Origin: Picochlorum sp. SENEW3
Taxonomy: Eukaryota
Assembly (NCBI GenBank): GCA_034226945.1
Contig: CP120455.1
Location: 558,001-622,000, forward strand
Direction of reading: 5' to 3'
Length of the DNA stretch: 64,000 bases
The notes under the pieces are model-generated. The model worked only from the letters and a program-made list of their open reading frames with translations, was not told the origin of the DNA and ran no database searches. The position numbers and the translations under genes were made by a program. This document shows positions 11,201 to 22,321 of this stretch, piece by piece. Positions within the stretch are counted from its first letter, which is position 1; every line of letters begins with the position of its first letter.

Positions 11201-14200
11201 AACAATAGACAACAATTTGGTCTTGACTTTTTGGATCTTTTTTCACAAGTGCAACTACCTGTTTCACACCATTGCATGCACTTACAACAGACTCAATCTC
11301 CCCTAGTTCGATTCTGTAACCTTTTATTTTCACCTGATTGTCAATACGGCCCAAGAATTCAATGGAGCCTCCAAATCTCCATCTGACTAAATCACCAGTT
11401 TTATAGCATCTACCACTGTGAAATGGGTTATCGACGAATTTTTCAGACGTCAATTCCTCTTTCTGAAGATATCCACGTCCAACACCATCGCCGCCAATGA
11501 TCAGTTCACCGGGTACACCAACTGGGACTGGCATCAAGAATTTGTCCACAATATATGACTTGTAGTTTGGCATTGGGCCTCCAATAAGAACAGATGTATC
11601 ACTGGGTAGCTGCACTTGTGCGTTGCTACCGACTGTTGTTTCAGAAGGTCCATACGCATTTATAAAGCAGGGCACAGCGGCTGCCCATTTCTGCATGAGT
11701 GCAAGGGAACATGCTTCCCCAGCAGTCACCACCACTTCCAGACTTGGGTACATGTGGGGGTCCATTGTTCCTAAAACAGATGGCACGGCCCCAAGATGGG
11801 TCACTTTATATCTTTTCAAAGCCTGAGTCCAGTCTGGTGGTGTCCACAATATCAATGTAGCCCCTACCGCCAGACAAGGTAAGATATCCCCTGCATGAAA
11901 GCAAACAAAATACTTGGTAATCTAAAGGCGAGCTTTGCATCTATGGCATTGCACCAAATGGAACGTGTTATATTATGTTCAAAGGCGATGCAGTAGAACA
12001 GAAAAAGGTGAAGAACAAATCGCCACTTGCCTTGGGCCCCATCAAATCCAATTTTGAAAAATTGGAACTGCCTGGCATCTTTATGGATCCTGTACGTGGC
12101 AGATAGAGCGTGAACCATATTTATCGCGTTACAATGCTCAATCATCACTCCTTTGGGCCTTCCAGTGGTTCCACTTGTAAAAATTACGTATGCCAAATCG
12201 TTTTGAGTGGGCTTCACATGGCTCAACAGACCTGTACACTTTTCCTCTTCCTCAAAAATCCTTTCGACATCGAGCAGGATGACCCCTTTAGATATATCTG
12301 AAGACAGATTCCTGAACATATACTTCGAGGAAATCAAGAAGTTTGTCTCGATGTCTTCCATGATGTACTTGATCCTTTGCTCAGGGTAAGTTGGATCGAT
12401 CGGGACAAAGGCAGCACCTGCTCTTAATACTGCTACCTCTGAAACGATAAACTCAATACTTCTGTCTAGCAGGATACCGGCTATTTTCCCTGGCCCGATG
12501 CCGTGTTTTATTAAGACATTAGCAAGCTTGCATGACAATCTATCCAGCTCTCCATACGTAATCTCTCGACCATCATGTGCAACAGCAGGGTGATCAGGTC
12601 TGGATCTAGCTGCATCAATGATGACTTCATCCAGGGTTTTTTCATAAGAAACACTGATATGGTTATCATTCCACACATTTAAAACCAAATTTTCTTCCTC
12701 TTTCGTCATTATAGGAGCAGCCTCTGCTTTGATTGCTGGATTTGAGCAAGTCTCAGAAAGGAGCACATTGAAATGGGATGCAAACCGCTCAATAGTGTCC
12801 TTGCTGAAAAGGTCTGTGCAATATTCAATGCGACATTTTAGCCTATTTTCATACTCTGTTATCTCAAGTGTGAGATCAAATTTTGATGCAGTACTAGATG
12901 TCACCTGGAATCTTGAAAACTCCATAGTATCACTCACCCTTGTGGGCTGAGACTCTGCACGTTCTTGCAGGACCATCATGACTTGGAAAATAGGTGGATG
13001 TGAAGGGTTGCTGTCCCCCAACTCCTTGGCAATATGTACAAAACTGATGCCTGAATTCGAGAAGAGATCCAAAATAGTTCCTTGTACCCTTCTGAGGACT
13101 TCAGTAAACGAAGGATTTCCATTCAGGTCGGCTTTCACTGGTAGGGGGTTGACAAAATATCCCAATGTCTCCTCCACACATTTATGGTGGCGACCAGAGG
13201 TTGGAGTTCCAACAGCAAAGCATTTTTGCCCCGAATATCTAGAAAGCTGTATCTGAAAAACAGACATCAGGGCCACAAAAAGAGTAACCCCGTTCTCTGA
13301 AGCCACCCTTCTTATCAAATCTACGACGTCTTCTGCAACTTCAAAAGCATACAGATCACCTGAAGTGGATTGAATGGATGGCCGGGGGAAATCAATTGGC
13401 AGCTGCAAGGTCTCTATATCGCTAAGCTCCTTCATCCAAAATTTCATTTGATTTTTCATCACTTCAGAATCCAGAAGCTTCCTCTGCCAAAATGCAAAAT
13501 CAGTGTAGGAAACTCTCTCTGCTCGAAAAGCAAAAGAAGATGGATTACGAAGTCCATACAAACAGGCCAAATACTTTTGTATGAGAAACATGGACCAGCC
13601 GTCCGTGGCTATATGATGCATTACCAAGAGAAGGATGTGGTGGTTTTCACCAAGCTTTAGCAGTGTTGCTCTCACTGGTGGACCCAATCCCAAGTCAAAG
13701 GGTTTAGAGGTCAGTTTGGCAATAATCTGATGCAGAACCTTTGTGTCATATGGATTGACAGAAATAGTCGTAACATCCATTCCTTGGTACTCATCTGAAC
13801 TCAGAACCACAGGCTGATACCTCCCAGATGTTAGACTGAAGTATGTCCGGAGGGTCTCAAAGTTCATCCCAAGGAATTTTAAGCAGTCCTTCAATTTCTC
13901 GGTATCCAATGGCCCTTTCATATCAATACCAAAAGGAACATTATACGAAGAAGATTTAGGATCCAAGTGATACAGAGCAAGCATCTGTTCCTGTCCAAAA
14001 GACAAGACAAACTCCTGTCCTTGAAACGACTTTGCTACCTCTACTGGAGATTCATACTGTAATTGATCACCATTGATAACCCATGCTGCCAGATTTCGAA
14101 TTGTTTTGTTCCTTAAAATATCCGCGACATTGATCATCTTGTTTTTAAACTCTTCTTGCATAGCATACGCTAATCGAGCAGCTTTGATTGAGTTCACCCC

Positions 14201-16033
14201 AAATTCAAGTATGTCATCTGTTACACCAATGTTGGTCAGACCCAGCTCTTTCTCCCAGATTCGTGTGATTGACTCTTCCAAAGGGCCTTGGGCAGGCACC
14301 AAACTCTTCTTCAAGATTTTTCTTGCATCCAATGTAGTTGCATCGATAATCGGCCTCACCCCACTAGACACTAGTGATGAAAAAATAGACATACGGATTA
14401 TTTTATTGGTCGATGACCTGGGGAGCACTGACACATCATCAATGACATAAATTGAAGCCGGGACTTTGAAATCAGGAAGCATTTTTTTGCAGTACGATAG
14501 GACTGAATATGCCAAATTAGAATAATCATCGCCGTTACGCTTGGGCACTAGCACAAGTCCAACATCTTGTCCAAGCCATTGATCTGGTATTGAAAAGCAG
14601 TACGACTCTGCAGCACATTGACTCATATAGACAGTGTCTTCGATTTCAGTTGGTGAGATTTTCTCTCCTCCTTTATTGATAATTTCCTTTACTCGTCCAG
14701 TAAGTGTTAGATATCCTGCTTGGTCCAGATAGCCGAGGTCACCTGTTCTAAACCATCCATTGATGAAGGCATTTTTGTTTACTCCGTGGCCATCATCCAG
14801 GTAGCCGTCAAATACACTACCACCTTTGAGACAAATCTCACCGATCTCCCCAGTTTCTTTCTCCTTAAAGTCGTTTCCGCTATCAAGATCTAATATACAA
14901 ATTGAAATGGATCCTACGGGGATTCCCACAGAACCTGGGACTTTCTTTTGTGGCGTGAGGGGATTGGAGCACACAACAGATGCTGCTTCTGACATTGCAT
15001 AAGAGTTGATCACTCTAATACCCATTTTACTCTCGATTTCCAGTTCAATAGTTGAGCTCAAAGGTGCTGCAGCACAGCGAAGAAATCGTAACTTGCTTCC
15101 TTTGGGCATTCGAGACTGCTTGGACATATCAATACTCCATCTATCCAAAAGTGCAATGTAAAATGCTGGCACTCCTGTAAACCAAGTGACCCCCCTGCTG
15201 ACTACTTGGTCCCAAAATACCGATGAATCAAAAGATACTGGAAATACCAATTTGCCCCCTGAGCACAGGGTTGTCATCAAAGCAGGGCCAAGACCGCCAA
15301 TGTGAAAAAGAGGCATGCAGTGTAGATGGGCATCCTCCTGTCCAAGATGATAAAATTTGGCGAATGCCGTGACAGCGTCTGAAAATGCCCTGTGAGTAAT
15401 AGGAACTCGTTTAGGCTTGCTGGTGGTCCCACTGGTCAGAAGAAGAATTGCAACATCGTCCCCTGACGAAGTCCCCTGATCCAGGAACTGCTCCATTTCC
15501 TCTGGAAGTGCAGTCGTCAGTGCTGAGTATTTCCTGGTCAAACCACGCCTATTTACCTGGGACGTGCTTCTAATTAGGCTTTTGGATTTATAATTTCTAT
15601 TACCTTCTGTGCACAGAGTGATGGGCAGTATAGGATCTCCCTTCAAGATCAATCCAGCCCGTATCACAGGAATGCCCAGCCTTTTGGCTGCCTCAACTCC
15701 ATTATGCACATTGAGGGAACTTTCATCGGGTACAATCAGACAAGCCGCGTTGTAGTCATTCAGAGTATGCAGAAAACTCTCTTCAGGTATGGCATTGTTG
15801 ATTGGGGCGTATACATGACCCATCACCACGCCTAAAAATACGACAACGTCCTCCACGTGGTGCCCTGGGGCAGTGGCTACAACCTGTCCAGAACTTATTC
15901 CATATTCAAGCAACTGCTGATGGATAGAGCGAGCTAGATGGTTCAACTCCATATATGATAACGATATTTCGCCATTATCAGTTTCAATTGCCACTCTTGG
16001 CGAACACGTTATCAGGCTAGCTACAGAGGTCAT
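8201..16033 (-). CDS. Multimodular NRPS (~2490 aa): acyl-CoA-ligase-like A1-T1-C-A2-T2 plus Pls/PosA-type terminus (3x TM + left-handed beta-helix)
   Basis: A1: TSGTTSKPK, PLFHIGGL, YAMSEA, GWFRTGDLG, GGEKISP. T1: GVNS. C: HHIATDGWS. A2: TSGTTGRPKG, NAYGPSET, YKTGD, QVKIKGYRIELGEIE. T2: GGSS. Terminus: three LxGAKIG/hexapeptide blocks ending WxGxPA. Introns at 11891-12030 (GC-AG), 11127-11192, 10941-11017 (GC-AG) and 8432-8508 all restore the frame. Confidence 0.9.
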
Positions 16034-16389
16034 ATTGTAGCAAAAATCACCTTCCCAATCGAACTAGCAAAACAGTCGTAGTCCGAACGCCACCAGTGGA
16101 TCGAATATGATATATTGACGGGGACTTAAGACGTGATCTAAATCCAATGTCTTCGTATACAAACGTGATTGCTCTTTGGGAGCGAGATTTCCTGCAGGAA
16201 ACCAGCGAACGCGCTTGTGGATAAAATTCACCGTGCAAACAAAAATGGCCATTTGTGCACCATATCAGGCATTATAACACAGAAAGATTACCTTTTCGAC
16301 TATTATTATATTATGAATTCTAATGCATCGTCTTAGACACATGACGTAAATTTGCAAACCACGCCACGACTGATGACGTTATGCATCGA

Positions 16390-16411
16390 CGTGCCTAGCA
16401 TGCTAGGCACG
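16390..16411. promoter_or_regulatory. 22-bp perfect palindrome plus an adjacent CACGTG in the divergent NRPS/tyrosinase intergenic region
   Basis: CGTGCCTAGCATGCTAGGCACG followed by CACGTG. The regulatory role is inferred only from position. Confidence 0.35.
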
Positions 16412-16619
16412 CACGTGCACGAGCCATCCGTTTACAGGATGGCCTGCGAGTATGATTCATGGACAAAAATGCATAGCACTGACTCGAAATGTGACATGCT
16501 CTATTTCATATCTAATATCAATTCTTTAGTCAAAGGCGTTAACTGGAGTTGTCCAGACTCGGTGCAACCTTTGAGGTTTCCACTGCGGAAGTGATACGTT
16601 CTCAGCGTTTGCGTTCCAT

Positions 16620-18455
16620 ATGAAGATGGGGCCTTCGTCAAAGTATGCGTCTTTTGCTTTGATTTCTTTGTTATTTGCAGCCGTCTTTCCCATTGGAGGA
16701 GAGACCCAGGCAGCCTCTGTCTCGAGGCCGACTGCAGGTCTCTGGCCAAGGGATATTTCTCCTCGTTTGAATATCCTTACCATGCTTGAGCCGGAGCATA
16801 AGGTTGAGTTTGATTTGCTGGTGCAAAGCTTGACTGCCATACAAAACATGTCTCCAGAAGATCCCAGGTCATTCTTCGCCATTGCTGGCATTCATGGCAT
16901 GCCATTTGAGGAGTACAACTCATCAACAGTGCCCGGATTTCAATGGACACCAGACATGCCTCCACCTCAGTGGGGGGGATACTGCCACCACGGCGATGTT
17001 CTGTTCCCAACATGGCACAGAGCATACATGTTACAGATTGAAAATTCCATTCTGGAACAGGCAACTTTGATCGCTAGGACATATCAAGATGAAAACGTGA
17101 AGAGGGACTACTTGGAAGCAGCAAATCGGCTTCGATTCCCATTCTGGGATTGGGCAGATGATGTGACAGCAACAGAGGGTATACCTGATGTATTTACAAA
17201 CAAGACGCTAACAGTGAATCTGCCACCATATAATCTGCCCACGCCAGTAGCCAACCCGATGCGTGCCTTCTCGTTTACAAAGAGTGTTGGGACACCTTTT
17301 GGAGTTGGTGATCAATACAATCCTCAAAATGGAGCCTTATACACAGTGCCGCCTGGCCATATTTATATGGCTCCAGGATATTCTACAGTAAGGCAGCCTG
17401 TATTTGGATATGCAACAAATGATACAATGTTGAACGAATCAGTGAAGATTTCTGCGGCAACCACCTTCATCCCAGGCCTGTACGATCTGTTCCAGGTTCC
17501 AGATTTCAGGGTGTTCTCGAACCATTATGCCACTTCGCCAATCAAAGGAAATCAAAATGCAACCCAATTTTTATACTACGCGTCTTTGGAGGGATTACAT
17601 GACAGTATCCACAGGGCTGTGGGTGGATTGGGAGGCCACATGAGATTCAACACCATGGCTGGATTTGACCCAATTTTCTTTTTCCATCATTCTAACGTCG
17701 ACAGAATTTTTGCTTTATGGCAGCGTATGTACCCAGATCAATGGATAAAACCATCAACTGCTATTCAAGGGACATTTACTGTGCCATCAGGGTCCACTGT
17801 TGATGAGAATACAGCATTGATGCCATTTTACGCCCCATCAGGCAGTTACTATGTCTCAACTGATCTAAGAGATGTTACACAACTAGGTTATACCTACCCA
17901 GAACTTATGAATGCTGATTCGAAGGGGATTGGCTCTGTTGAATTTCGCAAGGAAATATTGAACCAGTATCGACCAAATAAGGAAGACGCGTTCACCACTC
18001 GCTGGTATCTGGGATTGAGGGATGTTACAGCAAAACAGCTTCCTGGTGCATTTAGCATCCACGTTTTCATAAATCCAGATGAAACTCCGACAATAGACAC
18101 TTCATTGCAGAACAATCCAAATTATTGCGGATCTGCTGATTTCAGTTCCGGCAAAACTACTGCAGTCCAGAAGTTTGATGGTCAGGTATCTCTCACCAAG
18201 TGTTTCGTCAACCTATATTTGACAAAGTATCCAGTTATTGGCAACCCAAGCACAGCAAACATCACAGATGCTCTTGCTACTTTGGCAGGCTACCCATTGC
18301 TTTATTCAGATCTCTACTATGTGATTGAAGGCTCTGATGGATCTGACTTTTCTGAGTACGTCACCATGTCTGACAATACCATATTTTATGTTTACGAGCG
18401 AGGAGGTGAGACATATAGAAATTCAGTTCCCAAAAGGCCAAACGTTATTGGCTAG
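16620..18455 (+). CDS. Secreted tyrosinase (type-3 copper oxidase) with C-terminal shielding-type domain
   Basis: N-terminal signal peptide. CuA: AGIHGMP, YCHHG, FPTWHRAY; also PFWDW. CuB: LHDSIH, FDPIFFFHHSNVDR. LGYTY motif. Intronless. Confidence 0.92.
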   Translation: MKMGPSSKYASFALISLLFAAVFPIGGETQAASVSRPTAGLWPRDISPRLNILTMLEPEHKVEFDLLVQSLTAIQNMSPEDPRSFFAIAGIHGMPFEEYNSSTVPGFQWTPDMPPPQWGGYCHHGDVLFPTWHRAYMLQIENSILEQATLIARTYQDENVKRDYLEAANRLRFPFWDWADDVTATEGIPDVFTNKTLTVNLPPYNLPTPVANPMRAFSFTKSVGTPFGVGDQYNPQNGALYTVPPGHIYMAPGYSTVRQPVFGYATNDTMLNESVKISAATTFIPGLYDLFQVPDFRVFSNHYATSPIKGNQNATQFLYYASLEGLHDSIHRAVGGLGGHMRFNTMAGFDPIFFFHHSNVDRIFALWQRMYPDQWIKPSTAIQGTFTVPSGSTVDENTALMPFYAPSGSYYVSTDLRDVTQLGYTYPELMNADSKGIGSVEFRKEILNQYRPNKEDAFTTRWYLGLRDVTAKQLPGAFSIHVFINPDETPTIDTSLQNNPNYCGSADFSSGKTTAVQKFDGQVSLTKCFVNLYLTKYPVIGNPSTANITDALATLAGYPLLYSDLYYVIEGSDGSDFSEYVTMSDNTIFYVYERGGETYRNSVPKRPNVIG

Positions 18456-19206
18456 ATGACGTTACCCTAATTAAAGGTAAAGGAGCTTCACGCTTGAAAA
18501 GGCATCCCGTGGTTCCTCAACCCATCCCACAAGAGATGGGTGACAGGAATTGTCCTGCAGATGTCCCTATCCCTGCAGGCATGTTTATCAAGATGCCACA
18601 GAAATGATAGTGCATGGCATCTGAAATTTTATTTCCCAATAATATATCAACGCATTTATGAAAACCTTAAATTGCCAAAAGATTCGAATGATGATGCAAA
18701 GAGATTGATTACACGAGAATTTACAACTATACATGATCCTCCTCAAGTGCATGCAGCATGGCTGTCACAATGGTGCTGTTAGCCAACATGAAACATATCA
18801 GGCTTCCATGTGCAGAAAGATCGATCAAACTGGTCTAGACCTGATGAGATCCGTATCTAGATCGATCCAGCATCATCGATCGGATATACGATGATGCCAG
18901 CTGGCATCCCTAGCCTGCAGGCTAGGGAGGATCCATATTTCATTCGAAATGCTCCATTTAATGGATCATATATTTCTTGTCGGATTTGAACCTGCGAGGG
19001 CTGAAATTGCTCCTGATTTTTTCACCATATCGTATTGATACTATAGGGTTGTTCTTTGGCGGACAAAAAAGGCATTTAATCTGCCAGAGTTTCCGTTTGG
19101 ACTGCACATCGATCGAGCCTCTGACGGACGGAGGACTTTCATAGTGCATTTGGCCTCTCTTGGCCACGATTAGGTTTTGGGTAGTCGTGGATTTGATTTT
19201 ATAGAG

Positions 19207-20624
19207 ATGATAGACTCATCACTGGCCACGGACCACCACATGCAGCTTGATCCAGTGACAGCTCAGTTGCTGGACACAACTGACACGCCTACCGAGCGGG
19301 CTATCAAGGTGAAAGAGTTCAACGAGTACTGCAACAAATGTATTAATGACATAAGAAAGTGTTTGTCGCGGCAGTTGGAGAATATGGCCAAAAAGCGCAA
19401 GGAAATGTTCGGTGAGGACCACTTGGGCAAGGTGAGAATTCATGATGTGGTCTGCCATGTCATCCATCCCGACGGTCCGAGCGCCGTTTTCACGAGTTCC
19501 GCGTTTGACCACGGTGCGTAGTTTGATAATTTCAACACCATCAATACGGAAAGTCCGTGAGGTGCTTCTGACAGTTGCTTTGGGTGATTGCAGAGTTGGT
19601 CAAGGAGCGCATGGTGCAGATTACCAATTTCCTGCGCTCTTGGCAAGAGGTGTACACGACCATTCTTTTTCAAGGAGAAGAGAGATTTGTGGGTAGTGTC
19701 TCTGATCCTGCCGAGATGTCGGACCACGAAGCGCTTGCCAAGCTGCTGAGGGAACAGAAGATGAAGTTGGAGGAAGAGGAGATGCAGAAATTAAAGAGTG
19801 ATCAGAGTATACGGACTGGTGTGGAACTCTTCGGTACGCAGCGCGCCATATGCTGACCGATATTAGTGTATTAATACAACCTATATGAACGCAATGAATC
19901 GTTTTCATATTATTGTGCAGTATCTGCGGGAGTGGGAAAGGATGAAAGTGTGCCGTTTCAGAGTCGAGTTGAACAACTGGCTACAGTCCTCTCAGTGGAA
20001 CCGGCGGATATCGAGGGCGATGCCAAGCGAACGTTGAAGTACGGGGTCACTAAAAACCTTTATAAAGTTGCTGCACAGAAATCCGTTGGTTTGGACTTCC
20101 ACAAGACGATGGGCGAGTGCCCATTGTACAATGAGACAGCAGATGGTCAGGAGGACAAGTGTGAAAAGTGCGCACGCGCCAGGAGACTTGTTGGCTGGCC
20201 AGGCAGACTGAAGCGCGAATATGTGAACCCAAAGCACGGGGAAAAAGCATACGAGTACAAATACATTCCCTTTATTTTCCCCTCAAAGCTGAATGCGACT
20301 GTCAAGCAGATGCTGGTTCAGCATTTCAAGAAGGAACTCCCCAGTGTGTGGGCGGCATGCAAGGGTCTGCACCACGATGGGCAATCTCCTTCAGCGGATG
20401 ATAGTATGTCAGTGGAGGCTACACATGGGGATGGAGGTGACGTTATCAGCAAAAATCGACAACAGATAGGAGGAGGAAGGGAAGGGAGGATCCCAGATGG
20501 CCGGCAAGGGCCTCGGGAGAAGGAGCGATCACCCAACGATGCGGGGCAGGGGTTGGAAACGATGTCTGAGAGAAATCATCAGCTTTTAAGAAAGGCAAAG
20601 CGCCCCTTGGAGGAAGGCCAGTAG
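19207..20624 (+). CDS. Hypothetical 3-exon protein
   Basis: ORFs 19177, 19575 and 19932 join in frame through introns 19514-19593 and 19834-19920. Cys cluster (CPLY..CEKC). Start uncertain. Confidence 0.6.
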
Positions 20625-20794
20625 TGTCCGTGGCGAGTGCACAGCAATGACAGTCCTTGGTTGTTCGCTCGTCACTGTTTTGAGCAATGCATTCATAGTT
20701 ATTCAATGAAACTTGTAATGAAAGGCTTGGAAGGGTGAGTCCCACCTCCTCTTTGAATATGACAATATCAATCAGAACGTTGCTGGCAAAGCCA

Positions 20795-21910
20795 CCTCAT
20801 GCAAGATGCATGTGCTCGCAATAATTCGGGATCCCGAATTGATCCGTCCCGGTTTGAATTTGTTGCATGGTAGTTACGTCGCGTTTGTGTCTCGAATCGC
20901 CATAAACAGTTTTATATACAGTATATATTAAATATATTGCAACTTTTCAATATGACTGATGATATTTTGGATAAACGCGTACCAATATTCCATCGTAATA
21001 CTGCGCTCCGGCACGGTTCTACCCCATACCTGATCTCGAGCGTCACGGATCCGCTTCTCCAACTCGAAAACGAGATGGAATTGCAAGAAGCGAAATCAAG
21101 CAACCTGGCGAAGATCGCCTGTGCAGAGTATGCGAAACCAAATCATGGGAATCTAAGCGCTGAGATCATAGCGTGGCTGGAGTCCAAGGAAGGATGGGAC
21201 TGGACAGATGGTTGCAAGGAGTATCTCGCCATCCGTCGCATGGACCTGTCCTTCGGTATGTGGATTAATCGACAAATGCTCGAGTATGCATCGACAAATC
21301 ATGGCCGCCTCTCCACATGGCATATTCAAAAGCTCCAAAAGTTTCGTGGGTGGAAATGGTCTGGTAATTTTGATACTGACGACATGGAGCCGCTGGCCTC
21401 CTGGATAGAGAAGCAGCGTCGAGAGTACGCAAAACCCAACCACGGTCATCTATCCAAAGTAGAGGTTCGGAAACTGGAATCATTTCCAGGATGGACGTGG
21501 TCCGGTCCACTCGGCTGGAGAGAAGAAGCAACGTGCACTCGGAAATGAGATTACAGAGTCCTTCTCTTCTTTCGAGGAGTGACATCAAATGTGTCTGCAT
21601 CCCGATTGCTTTTGTAAACGAGAAAATAAAGAGTACATATTCAAGAATTACAGATGCGCCGAAAGGAATCAATGTCATGATGACGAACCAAGAGAACACC
21701 ATGGCATCCAACATGCCTGCATGAATGCCAAAGAGAACATCATGCAACTGAGACAATATACCTCAGCAGAGGATATCATATCTTTTTACTCTATCGATGA
21801 ATGCATGAAATTTGTAATGAAATGAAAGATGTTAATGTAAATCAGATGTGAAACTGTGACTTAGAGACTCCTCTCAATTCTGTTACTAAGTGAACGGCTT
21901 GATAGACTTG
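20795..21910 (+). repeat. Direct repeat copy 2, right border of the NRPS island
   Basis: Collinear with 6925-8065. Shares the AATTCGGGATCCCGAATT palindrome and the 3' block ATGAATGCATGAAATTTGTAATGAAATGAA. Confidence 0.9.
20952..21548 (+). CDS. Helicase-associated (HA) repeat protein, copy 2
   Basis: Paralog of 7081-7692 with a near-identical C-terminus (EYAKPNHGHLSKVxVRKLESFPGWTWSGPLGWREEAT). Confidence 0.7.
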   Translation: MTDDILDKRVPIFHRNTALRHGSTPYLISSVTDPLLQLENEMELQEAKSSNLAKIACAEYAKPNHGNLSAEIIAWLESKEGWDWTDGCKEYLAIRRMDLSFGMWINRQMLEYASTNHGRLSTWHIQKLQKFRGWKWSGNFDTDDMEPLASWIEKQRREYAKPNHGHLSKVEVRKLESFPGWTWSGPLGWREEATCTRK

Positions 21911-22321
21911 CCTAGAGAAGAAAGATGCTACTGCTATTTCCCACACAAACGATACTGAAGGGTTTTATATACCATGATTCAAGATACCAGCCCTTCTAAT
22001 CGCTTCCATGCCATTTGAATGAAAACAAAGACAGGGAAGAAGTTGCCTCTACTGAATTACTTTGTCCAAAGTCGTTCAAATTTGAATACACCATGGGAGA
22101 TCATGGCATGCATATTTCCCACGAATGTCCACATTTTGATAGTATTAATCAAGATAACTAAACATACGAGTGATCCTGTGGCCGGATAGAGTGGACGCTG
22201 AGGGAGACTGCGTCGGAATTTGAACTGCTCGACGTGATTCAAGCTCCGTGCATTGCATACACTCAACGTGTGCTAGCAGCGTTTGTTATTTTTCATATTA
22301 TATTTACATATAAAAAGAAAT

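Noticed and set aside
18841..18880. CTGATGA followed by a short stem, resembling a hammerhead ribozyme core
   Set aside because: No GAAA follows the putative stem II, and no stem I/III pairing was found.
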